In this document: positions 40,358 through 51,686 of the stretch, piece after piece
Layout of the letters: each line of letters opens with the position of its first letter
How positions within the stretch are numbered: the first letter of the stretch is position 1
Assembly: GCF_963921235.1 (NCBI RefSeq)
Contig: NC_086108.1
Coordinates: 63,056,001 to 63,120,000 of the forward strand
From: Mobula hypostoma
Lineage: Eukaryota
DNA length: 64,000 nucleotides
Direction: 5' to 3'
Made by a program: the position numbers and the translations under genes
The notes under the pieces: generated by a model
The model's input: the letters and a program-made list of their open reading frames with translations, nothing else
What the model was told of the DNA's origin: nothing
The model's database searches: none

Positions 40358-41521
40358 TGTCATGGTCCAGTCCATGAAGTCCGCATTCCAGTTCACAGTC
40401 TGGTCCATGGACTCCAGACTCCAGATCTTCTGGCTGTCCCTTGCTTCAGTTGGGCTTAATCATAGGCACATGATTCTTGTCTTGGAGCTGGGAATATAAG
40501 TGGCCTGGGGTCAAGTGTGGTTGCTGGTTCATCTCGTCAGTATCCCCTTGGAGCAACCTGCCGGTGGAAGGCTAGAGCAGCCATTCTCTAGGCCTGGTTG
40601 GAGGACCACTGCTTCATGGAGCCTTGTTGACTCTAGTCAGAACAGTCTTCATGGTACGGATTCAGCCGTTTCCGGGGCCAGCTGAGTGGCTGTCTGCCAC
40701 TCTGAGCTAGATATGGATTTGGCTGTTTCCGTAGCCAGCCAAGGTTGCTGGCTGCCCCGAGACTCAGAGCCACCCCGGATTGAGCTCCCTTCCTGTCCTT
40801 GCCTCCGTGGAGTAAGTCAGGCCATCCTTTCCGTTACCCTGCAGTTGGATCTGTCCCTTCCTGTCCTTACCTCCATTGGGTAGGTCAGGCTGTCTTTGCT
40901 GTTTCCCTGTGGTTGGATCTATCCCTTCCTGTTTTTGCTTCCGTGAGGTAAGTCAGGCCGTCCTTGCCGTTACCCTGCAGTTGGATCTGTCCCTTCCTGT
41001 CCTTGCCTCTGTTGGGTAAGACAGGTCGTCTTTGCCGTTACCCTGAGGCTGGACTGTTCCCTTCCCCTCTTCATCTGAATCCCTGACGGTTTCCTCGGTG
41101 GTTTACCTCGGCAGTCATCTTGGTCCCGCATCCTAATAAGCATCCTGGCCTGGCATCCAAGGAAGGGGCCCGGCCCTGCATTCCAAGAAAGAGTACCTTG
41201 TCCTGCCCAGGCAAGCCTTGAAGAATCCAAGCCTTGAAGAAACCTGTCCTTGCCTAGTTCTGGGGTCCAAAGCCCGAGTTAAAACACAGGTTCTGGGTAC
41301 TCATCCAGTCTCTGGCTCGGAGTCCAAGCCCAGGCTCCTAGTTCCCAGTTCCTTGTCCTGGTCCCGCTTTCCTAGCCAAAGTCCTAGCCCAAGTCTGTGT
41401 TCCTGTCCCAGCTGTTTAGTCTGTGTCCAGTCCCATCCCTAACTCTAGTCCAGTCCAGTTCCCAGTACTTCAGTGCCTGTGTCTTGCATTTGGGTCCGCC
41501 TTCAACACCCACCTTATGACA
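40358..41521 (+). mobile_element. Solo LTR (Gypsy-like), 1164 bp
   Basis: TGTCAT...ATGACA inverted ends. A 5-bp TSD CTCAA lies at 40353-40357 and 41522-41526. Strand is inferred. Confidence 0.88.
40785..41065 (+). repeat. About 4 copies of a 68-bp tandem repeat within the LTR
   Basis: A GTAAGTCAGG-like anchor recurs at 40812, 40880, 40948 and 41016. Confidence 0.9.
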
Positions 41522-43006
41522 CTCAAAGTATTTCATCACTGTTGATGTGAGTCCTACCAGGCTATAGTCATTAAGGCAGCTCACATTATTCTTCTTAGGC
41601 ACTGGTATAATTGTTGCCTTTTTGAAACAAGTGGGAACTTTCACCCGTGGCAGTGAGAGGTTGAAATTGTCCCTGAATACTCCCGCCAGTTGGTTGGCAC
41701 AGGTTTTCGGAGCCTTGCCAGGTATTCCATCAAGACCTTCTGCCTTGCGAGCATAGTTCCCTCTGAGCTGTGCGCATGTGCGCGCGCACACGTTTTTCAA
41801 CCAGCACACAAAGGAAATCAATGTGCATACAAAAGGTTAGTTACCTAAAATAATGTAGTAGTTCATAATTATACTTAATAATAATAATCTTTTAGCTAAC
41901 TGTTTCTGTTAACTAGTTAGTCGGTTTTTCAAATACCACAATGCACGTCACTAATTTACGTCACCTCACCTATCCTGTTCCGCTTTGTACAGCTGCAACA
42001 CAGTCGCAGCCATGTTTGGCGGACAGTGTTCATATCGTAAAGTTTACCAAGATCTGTTTCAAATCCCGTAGATAGCTTACTAAGTTTTTATTGGAAAAAG
42101 TATTGATTCACTATGTCGAATTCAAAAGAAGCGAAGGGCGTGAAGCCCAAAAGAACTGCAAATTTGTTTGAAGTTGAATGGCTTAACAAAATAGTAGAAA
42201 CTGTTACACCGAAAGCTCATGAGGTCATGAACGTTCAGCTACGAGAAATATTTAGGTATGATTTGGAAACTGGAGTTATCTGTTTGTATTGTTGTGATGC
42301 GAAAGTTGCTGGAGAATTTGCTAGTGGAAAGAAGTGGGATGATATTTGGAAACTTGACTTTTTGAAGCGTCATTTGGCAAGTAAATCGCATTTGGATGGT
42401 GTACAAAAGCTCAAGCAACCGAATCCGTCATTACCCGTTACAGGAGTGCTACGCATGTTACGGTTGAGTGCAGGTGAGCGAGAATGAAAACGATCAAACT
42501 CAGAGGAGATCAAAGTTGAGGTACAAGAATGGTCAGCTTTTGATTTCTTCGCAATTGCAGATTGTGACTTCACATTTGGCGATGAACAAGTTAGTGCCTT
42601 ATGTCTAAAATATCATGATTTTCTAGCTGAAGATATTGTAATAGTTAGACAGTTTAATGATTTCAAATTTTCCGTGCAAGAAAAAATTAAATCCAAACCG
42701 ATTTCAAACTTTGCTCAAATGGTGGCATTTGTACTTCAAAATGAACAATTTTGCGACCTTTCACAGTTGATGGACATTGGGGGAACCTTTCTTGCGTCTA
42801 GTGCGGACTGTGAACGAGGTTTTAGCCTAATGAATCAACTCAAAAACAAGCTGAGAAACCGTTTAGGTGAATGTCATTTGGATATGTTAATGAGAGTCAA
42901 AAGCTATCAATGGGATGGGAGTTCTATTAGTCGAGATAGAGCTTACGAAGAATGGGTAACTGCCAAAGACAGGAGAGAGAAAAATTAACTGAGTGACTTA
43001 AATATG

Positions 43007-43512
43007 ATAAAAATTAAATAGCTCCAACCTGATGGCATGAACATTGACTTCTTTAACTTCCGTTAATGCCTCCCTCCCCTTCATACCCCATCCCTTATTT
43101 ATCTATTTATTTATTTATTTATTATTTTCATTATTATGATTTTTTTTCTTTCCCCTTTTTCTCTCTCTCTCTTTTCTCCCTCTGTCCCTCTCTCTATACT
43201 CCTTGCCCATCCTCTGGGCTACCCCCACTCCCCTTTTCTTTCTCCCTAGGCTTCCCGTCCCATGATCCTCTCCCTTCTCCAGCCTCGTATCCCTTTTGTC
43301 AATCAACTTTCCAGCTCTTAGCTCCATCCCTCCCCCTCCTGTCTTCTCCTATCATTTCAGATCTCCCCCTCCCCCTCCCCCTCCCACTTTCAAATCTTTT
43401 CCTATCACTTCTTTCAGTTAGTCCTGATGAAGGGTCCCGGCCCAAAACGTCGACTGTACCTCTTCCTATAGATGCTGCCTGGCCTGCTGTGTTCACCAGC
43501 ATTTTTGTGTGT
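43007..43512 (+). mobile_element. Penelope pseudo-LTR inserted in the hAT element
   Basis: Encodes LQPDGMNIDF.NFR* and is homologous to 10625-11100 (-). A 14-bp duplication GTGACTTAAATATG lies at 42993-43006 and 43513-43526. Confidence 0.88.
43420..43455 (+). ncRNA. Minimal hammerhead ribozyme motif, core G-to-A mutated
   Basis: Reads AGTC-CTGATGA-AGGGTCCCGGCCC-AAAA-CG-TC-GACT. Helix I (AGTC/GACT) is intact, but GAAA has become AAAA. Confidence 0.6.
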
Positions 43513-44759
43513 GTGACTTAAATATGTATGTTATTTTGTTGTTATTCTGTGCAGTTTTATGTCAAATATTTTGTAAACCTACATAAGCTGTCCCATGTGT
43601 GCATTCAGTGCGCACATACTTTTGTCACTGGAAAAAAATTTGCACAACATAAGATTTTTGCACACACTGACTACTAAAAATTAGAGAGAACATTGCTTGC
43701 GAGCGTTCACTCTCTTTAAAGACGGCCTAACATCAGCCTCTGAGACAGAGATCACAGGGTTATCAGGTGTAGCAAGGGATCTTCACAGCTGTAGTTATAT
43801 TCTCTCTTTCAAAGCAGGCATAGAAGGCGTTGAATTCATCTGGTAGTGAAGCATTGCTGTCATTTATGCTATTGGGTTTCGCTTTGTAAGAAGTAATGTC
43901 TTGCAGACCATGCCAGAATTGTCGTACATCCAATGTCATCTCTGAACTCGTTCGAAATTGTCTCTTCACCCTTGAAATAGCCCTACACAAATCATACCTG
44001 GTTTTCTGGTACAGGCCTGGGTTGCCAGACTTGAATGCCACAGATCTAGTCTTCAGCGGACGACGTACCTCCTGGTTCATCCATGGCTTTTGGTTTGGGA
44101 ATGTATAGTAAGTCTTCGTAGGCACACACGCATCCACACAAGTTTTAATGAAGTTGGTAACAACTGCAGCATACTCATCCAGATTCAAAGATGAATCCCT
44201 GAATACAGTCCAGCCCACCGATTCAAAGCAGTCCTAAGGCACTTCTGTGCTTCCCTTGTCCAAACCTTCTTGGTCCTCACTACTGGTGCTACAGTCTTCA
44301 GTCTCTGCCTATACTCAGGGAGTAGAAGTCAGGTAATCAGACTTCCCGAAGTGAGGGCATGGAATAGCGTGGTTGGTATTCTTGATGGTGGTGTAACAAT
44401 GGTCTAGTGTGTTATTTCCTCTAGTATTGCAAGTGATCTGTTGATGGTAATTGCTTAGTGATTTTTTTCAGACTGGCCTGGTTAAAATCCCCCAGAACAA
44501 TGGTGTAGACGTTAGGGTGCGCTATTTCATGTATGTTGATCCCGTTGCTCAGATCCTCTGAAGCCTGATTGACATTGGCCTGAGGTGGAATGTATACCAC
44601 CACATAGGTACATGGATGAAAAGAACAGCACTTAACTGCTAGATATTCCAGGTCTGGCAGCAGAATTGGGGCGGCACTGATATATTTGTGCACCAAGAAG
44701 AGTTGATCATGAGGCATACTCTTCCACCTCTGCTTTTGAGAGAATCTATAGATCTATCC

Positions 44760-45060
44760 AGAACCAGAGGCCACAATTTAAGAATAAGGGGTAGACCATT
44801 TAGAACAGAGTTGAGGAAAAACTTTTTCACACAGAGGCTTGTGGATCTGTGGAATGCTCTGCCTCAGAAGACAGTCGAAGCCAATTCTCTGGATTCTTTC
44901 AAGAAAGAGTTAGATAGAGCTCTTAAAGATAGCAGAGTCGAGGGATATGGGGAGAAGGCAGGAACAGGGTACTGATTGTGGATGATCAGCCATGATCACA
45001 GTGAATGGCGGTGCTGGCTCGAAGGGCCGAATGGCCTACTCTTGCACCTATTGTCTATTG
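44760..45060 (+). mobile_element. Short CR1 3' fragment
   Basis: Encodes RTRGHNLRIRG...FFTQRLVDLWNALP, with a (CTATTGT)n tail. A 7-bp duplication TCTATCC lies at 44753-44759 and 45061-45067. Confidence 0.9.
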
Positions 45061-45269
45061 TCTATCCTGACGGTGTATAGTAAACCCATCGGTCCCAATT
45101 GCTGCATCCGGTACAGAAGGAGTTAACAAGGATTCCGTGAAACAAAGGGCACACGCCGTTCTAATGTCCCTCTGATTAAGCACCCTAGCTCTGAGATCAT
45201 CAGTCTTCTGGTCTAATGTTCCCAATTCAGTCAGGCAGATGCATAGACCAAAACAGCAGTGGAAAAGCA

Positions 45270-45460
45270 AGATACTGAAGATATGGCAGTCTGGAGCAAT
45301 AAAAACCTCCTGGAGGAACTCATCTGTTCAGACAGCAACCGTGGAAGCAGAGAGAAGGTCCTGACGTACGGCTGCAACCTGAAACATCAAACACCCTCTG
45401 CCTCCACTGATACTGCTTGACCTGCTGAGTTCCTCCAGCAGTTTGTTTTTCACTTCAGAA
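45270..45460. mobile_element. Palindromic Penelope-terminus-derived element
   Basis: Inverted arms CTGGAGGAACTCA...GTGGAAGCAGAG and CTCTGCCTCCAC...TGAGTTCCTCCAG surround a decayed CTGACG...GAAAC motif. Confidence 0.7.
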
Positions 45461-46227
45461 CAGCAGTGTCCCAGTTAATAAAGTCTACTTTTAAACTTTC
45501 TATTTGGTTTTCTCCTTGTTTCATTGGGAATTTACAGCCCAAGTTGTAGATTGCACAATTTTGCTCCAATTTCTGCCAAAAAGGCAGAAATGGTTGCTCT
45601 CACATCAATGATGTCATAATTTGTGCAAATAATGCGGCAGAAATTATACTCTCTGCAAGAGTGGATTGAGACTGGGTGTGCTCTGTCCATTTTCACAATG
45701 TGTAGGACTGCAACCAGAAATGAATTAAAGACATGCACCAAGCAAATTTTATGATTAAAACAAGCACATATTTAGGTTCGATTTACAGGCTGTTATGTTG
45801 TATCCCCATTGCCCTGCTGTGGATGATTGACATAGAATTTTTTTTAAATAACATAGTTTGGATTGGTTCACTTGATATACTGCCGAATTGTGAGTGCTTT
45901 TACTCACATGCTTGAATACAGTTATATTTACACTGACTTTTCATTTGCTTTGCTTCTATTTTTATAGATTTCTCATCTGCTAGGCACTCAGTACATAAGA
46001 GTTCAACATTTGAAAACAGCAGTGGTAGAATTAACACCTTGATCAGCACTTAAATTCAAATGGATTACAATAATATTGGCTGGATTTTATGGGGAAATCT
46101 GAAGAGTTCTGCATGGAACTACTGGAATTTCCTCTTCTAACTGGCAAAAGTTCTTGACTTTTACATGTCTATGTTAATACTGGTAATTTCCTTTGTGTGC
46201 TCCAAAGATAGAGTACAAAGTTACAGT

Positions 46228-46388
46228 CGCAGTGGATGTTGTTTACTTGGATTTTCAGAAGGCCTTTGACAAGGTGCTGCACATGAGGCTGCTTAACAAG
46301 ATAAGTGACCATGGTATTATAAGAAAGATACTAGCATGGATAGAAGATTGCCTGAATGACAGGAGGCAAAGTGTTGGAATAAAAGGGC
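46228..46388 (+). mobile_element. CR1 RT fragment
   Basis: Encodes AVDVVYLDFQKAFDKVLHMRLL. Confidence 0.85.
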
Positions 46389-46564
46389 AATGCAATCTTT
46401 TCTCATTAGGTTGTTAAATAACAAGAGATTTTGAGCTAATTATGAATAAATTAAGGTAAAAATGCAAATATAATTGTGTTGAGGATTAATATAGGACACA
46501 GTTTCTTAAACTGTACTCTTGTTCTGTATTGCACATAACACAGATATCAAAATATCTTACTTAG

Positions 46565-46659
46565 GTATGCCAATCGTCCTTGCCGAGGAGGTGGAGTCAG
46601 TTTTAGTGGGTGCTGCTATTCTGGGAGCCTATGCCTCCGGGGACTTTAAATCTATTCAG
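46565..46659 (+). CDS. FGGY: Internal coding exon of FGGY carbohydrate kinase domain-containing protein (95 bp, phase 1 to phase 0)
   Basis: Acceptor CTTACTTAG| and donor CAG|GTATGG. Encodes (G)[31 protein letters not shown], recognised as close to the vertebrate FGGY C-terminal segment [31 protein letters not shown] (recalled from memory). Confidence 0.92.
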
Positions 46660-49600
46660 GTATGGTTTTATGAGAAAATTTTGTTGTTTGTTTCATGTTG
46701 AAAGTATTCCTATTGTTGGGTCTATCTGCATCATGTACACAACTATTGAATACCAACTAATGATCAGCTGTTAACAGCTTGATTTTCATTGCTGACCACA
46801 GGACATTCTAAAAGTGAACGATGTTACTTGCCATCCTCATTGTTTCTTCTTAATGGTTAGTAATGAGGGTTGTGACAAAGGAATGCCCTGTGGACCCGTG
46901 TGTTCTTGTGAACTGTACCATAAAATGGGAGTTCAATGTGACGGCTTATTTTGCAGTTTCATCCACATTAAATTTCTAATCGCAACATTGCAACCAGGTG
47001 CCAGTTGGACTCAATATTTCCCCAAAGGGAAGCCTCTAAGTCTAGCCAGCCCGAGTTATTTGAGTACATTACCCAGCAGGCAGTGACACAGCAAATACTT
47101 AGCACAAGTGCCTGATGTACAACTATACAATTAAGTAATGGTTGACACTGCAAAGGAAAGAAAAGTACAGTATTAAAAATGGAAGCATTTTGAAAATATT
47201 ACAAAAAAAAAACAAGATGTTATAGTATTTTGGATAGTTATGACCTGTCAGAAGAAGGATTATCTCTTTAAAAAAAGCTGAAAGGGATATTGGAGTGGGA
47301 TGTTTTTCAAAAGACTGAAAGAACAGAAGCCCCTTGTGCTTTTGCTGTTTACAGATACCTGACACCAGCTGACATCTGTTGCCCTTCTCTTCTGGTAGAA
47401 GCTTATGGCATTTAACATTTACACATGTACACAGTCCAGAAGTGCATTGATATAAAATCTCATAGATCATTATCATAAAAGTAGCTTGTGAATCCTGCCA
47501 GACTTGGCATAGTCTACAGATGCCACAGTTTATACCATGCTTACTCACTGATGATAACATGATATCTAACAAAAACAAAGAGTGCAATGTGATCCAATAT
47601 CTGCCTTTGCTTTAAAATACAAGGTCTTTAGAGGTCTTGGTAACATGTATAACTTGGTAACAATTTAATTTAAGTTTGAAGAGGTACTCCATTTTTTAAA
47701 GATTTTCATTAATTTCCTAAAAATTGAAAATAATTTGAAATATTTTATTGCTCTGTATAGTACAAAGCATGCACTCAAAACACTATTTTAGAATTTACAT
47801 ATATACTACAATAGTTAGAAAAAGAAAGCTAGGAATAATGATTCATTTTTAAGTTTCTCTTCTGAGAGTGTATTAGTACAGTGTACAGTCCAGAAATTCA
47901 TACAATTCTTCCACAACTTAAACCAAATAGTGCTTGTGTTTGAACCTGGCAATAACTATTGGGAGGGTATTCTAATAAGTAAGAATGTCTTCACTCATGC
48001 CATCTCATAAGGATGGGGAAGGTGTTTGACATGGGTGGAAAATGGAAACCAACTTTGCCAATCTTTAGCCAACATTGCCAAAGCCAATTTACTGCCTGAG
48101 ACCATAATTTAAAAATATTAAACCACTCAAACACCATCCTTCAGTAGAAAACAAATATGCCAACAAATAAAAATACTGTATCCTTTGAATAAAATATTTA
48201 TGGAAGAATAATCCACTATACTGACTGTATTAAAACTAGACTGCACTGAGTGTGAGATCTGGACAAAAATGTCGATAGCATTGCTATGCTTCTTTTACAG
48301 CAAAATACAACACAAGGTGACACACCTTTGGATATTTCCAATCCTGACACATAAAACATTTTTAAGTAACATTGGCAAGAAAAAATAACTATGATTAATG
48401 CTGAATGACACCTGGTATGAACACCATTTAACAAGTGTAACCTATTATTTGGGTAGAGTACTAGTTCATACTAAGGACTAGGAAAGGCTTAATCAAGACA
48501 GAGCTAAAACTAGTCTGAGAAAAGGAATTGCAGACGTAACAAAAAACAAATCTCCATTGACCTTATACTGATTTAATGCAAACCAACATATAATAATCTT
48601 ATATTTTGATTTCCTAACCTTTTCAATATAAAGCAAGCCAAAACAGTGCGAAGGATTTCAAATTAATAAGAATTCCAGAAAATCTGAGCCATGACATGAC
48701 AGTATCTTAGTTTTAATGTTTGTTTTATCAGCCAGTGTTAATTTTTGCTAAAGCTACTGTATAATTCTTTGAGTCATAGTGAATACTGCATTCAGTGGTA
48801 GGACCTCCTGAAGTCTTGTTGTGTCACTAAATCATCATGTAAAAAGGACCATCTGAGCAGTCACACAGCGAAAAAACAGATTATGAATTTTTAATGAGAA
48901 AGGTATGGTGAACAGTGAACAAGCGATGGAAGCCTGTCTCAAATTCCTTACTTTTACATGAAGCTACTTTCAGAAATGTTGCCTCTATCCTGATTTTACT
49001 TCATTCAAGTGTCCTCTGGTATTGTTGATAACTTGATGCCCTATTATTTACAAAGTATTTACTGTTATGCTTTATAACTCCAAAACTAATTGAAACAAAA
49101 CGCAGGGATCTTGGGGATAAACATGTGTAATCTAGTTTCCTTTTTCACTTTACTGAGCTGTGCACATGTGACATAGTGGCGTAATGATGTACGTCATTCA
49201 CATACTTTTACATATACATATTATGAACTATGTGAACAACAAAGAATGCTTAATCAAACAATATTACTGGAATATTAAACACAAAACACTCCTCTCTGCT
49301 TAGCTATAAACTCCAACTCAATGTAGAATGCATCTCAACTCAAATATGTAATGTATTGCTCTCTAGTCATAAATACTGTATATAGAGTAAGACAGTAAGA
49401 TATAGGAGCAAGATGTAGGCCATTTGGCCCATCAAGTCTGCTCTGGCTTTTCATCATGGTTCATCCATTTTTCCTGTCAGACTCAGTCTCCCACCTTTCC
49501 CCTATATCCCTTCATGCTGTGTCCAATCAAGAATCTAACAATCTCTGCTTTAAATATACTGAACATAAAGACTTGGCCTCCACAGCTGCCTGTGGCAATG

Positions 49601-50458
49601 AATCCCACAGATTCTCCACTCTAGCTAAAGAAATTTCTCCTCATCTCTGTCCTAAAAGGATACCCCTCTATTTTGAGACTGTGTCCTCTGATCTTAGACA
49701 CTCCCACCAGAGGAAACATCTTCTCCGCATCCACTCTTTCAATGCCTTTCACTATTCAATAGGTTTTAATGAGCTCACCCCTCATTCTTCTAACTTCCAG
49801 CGAATACAGGCCCAGAGCCATCAAACACTCTTCATATGACAAGCTGCTTAATCCTGGAATCATTTTTGTGAATCTCCTTTGAACCTTCTCCAGTTTCAGC
49901 ACATTCTTTCTGAAATAAAGGCTCAAAACTGCTCACAGTACTCCAAGTGATGCCTCGCCAGTACATTATAAAGTTTCAACATTACAATCTTGTTTCTATT
50001 TCCTAGTCCTCTTGAAGTGAATATTAACATCGCATTTGCCTTCCTCACCACAGACTCAACCTGCAAATTAACCTTTATAGGACCCTGCAGAAGGACTCCC
50101 AAATTCCTTTGTGCCTCAGATTTTTGTATTTTCTCTCCATTTAGAAAATAGTCAACCCTTTCCTTTCTTCTATCAAAGTGCATGATCATACACTTCCCGA
50201 CACTGTATTCATCTGCCACTTCTTTGCCCATTCTCCAAATCTGTCTAGGTTCTTCTGTAGCTTCCCTATTTCCTCAAAACTACCTGCTCCTCCACATATC
50301 TTTGTATCATCTGCAAACCTTTGCAACAAAGCCATTAATTCCAATACCCTTATCACTGACATATAACATAAAAAGAACTGGTCCCCACACAGACCCCTGT
50401 GGAATGCCGCTGGTCATGGGCAGCCAATCAGAAAACATTTCCTTTATTCCCACTCTTA

Positions 50459-51686
50459 AAGCTGATATATACTTGTGCGTACTAGCTTACGCTGTAGCTT
50501 ATGCAAGTGGACTATGCTGTTGTGAGCATTTATACATGTGCGTTGGTGTGACTGCGTCACTCTGCACCGCCAAAACGCTAGTTGGCGGTGGGGTTTCTAT
50601 GCCACTGAGTTTCTTCATGTTGAAACTCAACATGAAGAAACTCAAATTTCTAACAATGGTGACTGAAACTGAAAGAGGGTGAATTTCCTTTTTTTTCCTT
50701 TTCAAATCTTTTTATTATTATTATCCAAAAATAACAACAGTACATCGAAGTAGGCAACACTTACAATGTCTCAAGAAAAAAAAACATTGTTTTAAAAATT
50801 GAAAAAATTTTGGTGACAAAAAAAAAGAGAAAAAAAAAACCCTACTAACCCCGGAGCCATGTGTCATACAAAAAGCTTCTAAAGATAAACATCAAACCGC
50901 CAGCAAGAAAAAAAATGTACCAAAAATTTACAGTTAGATCGTGGAGGAAATCTATCAATTAACTCAAATGATAGTAATGAGCAAATGAACCCCATCTTTT
51001 CTCAAAATCAAACATAGGTTCAAAAGTTCGACTTCTAATTTTCTCCAAACTAAGACATAGCATCACTTGAGAGAACCACTGTGACAAAATGGGAGCCGAT
51101 GTATCCTTTCACTTCAACAAAATGGCCCTCCTAGATATCAATGTAACAAATGCAATAACATGTTGGTCAGACAAAGAGATCGAGGATGAATTTTCTGTGC
51201 TTGTCCGGCCACTGAGAGACAGAGATGACGAAATGCATTTCAAATATTTTCGGATGTTGGCAGGTAGATTTGACGATTTGGTTCATCGTCTCCAACCATT
51301 TATTTCGCATCAATGTATGCACAGTATACTCAGAGACTGGCAATCACCATTCGAGTTTTAGCTTCAGGTGGAAGTCAACAGGCTGTAGCAGCTAGCTACA
51401 AACTGGTGTCAACCACAGGGTCTTCCATAATTTCGGAGATCTGTAAAGCTTTATGGAAAGTATTGCAGCCAGAGCTCCTTCCCTGCCCTTGAGTCACCCA
51501 ATGGGAAGCTACTGCAGCGTAGAAGGAAATGCGATGCTACCATGCGGACCAATCACAGTTGTTGTGGTCTGCGTTGCAATGACGCGTAGTTACATTTTTG
51601 GGGAGGTGCACATCAGGCTACGGTGTAGGATATGCAGCTATGCCATACCTATGGCATTGATTTGACGCACAAGTATAAATTGGCCT
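50459..51686 (+). mobile_element. Non-autonomous PIF/Harbinger transposon
   Basis: TTA TSD at 50456-50458 and 51687-51689. 22-bp imperfect TIRs ...TATACTTGTGCGT and ACGCACAAGTATA.... Encodes the transposase N-terminus FKYFRM...FDDL and [14 protein letters not shown]. Confidence 0.88.
50687..51181 (-). mobile_element. L1-type LINE 3' end
   Basis: Minus strand encodes [11 protein letters not shown]...[14 protein letters not shown]...FEKRWGSF, then AATAAA and an A-rich tail. An approximately 12-bp imperfect TSD GAGG(G/A)TGAATTT flanks it. Confidence 0.8.

Larger units (their letters stand above)
41752..43695 (+). mobile_element. Internally deleted hAT transposon (ZNF862-like transposase remnants)
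   Basis: 8-bp TSD CTTGCGAG at 41744-41751 and 43696-43703. Imperfect TIRs CATAGTTCCCTCTGA and TTAGAGAGAACATTG. Encodes a C..C...LKRHLASKSH finger and the hAT dimerisation motif SSADCERGFSLMN..KNKLRNRL. Confidence 0.9.
39214..45205 (-). mobile_element. Rex1/Babar LINE split by nested insertions (pieces 39214-40357, 41522-41751, 43696-44759, 45061-45205)
   Basis: Endonuclease and RT motifs are collinear across the pieces (LCFTES, YIPPQAN, PWMNQEV, LNDY, PQGCMFSPLLY, FADGTTIVG). A TSD is present at every interruption. Confidence 0.92.

Noticed and set aside
40785..41065. Regular repeats as a CRISPR-like array
   Set aside because: The units are contiguous with no unique spacers, lie inside an LTR, have no cas genes nearby and sit in a eukaryotic context.
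46519..46701. 60-aa ORF as a stand-alone small gene
   Set aside because: Only 46565-46659 matches FGGY and is bounded by splice sites. The rest is intronic read-through.
47123..47587. 154-aa minus-strand ORF
   Set aside because: AT-rich with no recognisable motif, consistent with a chance ORF.
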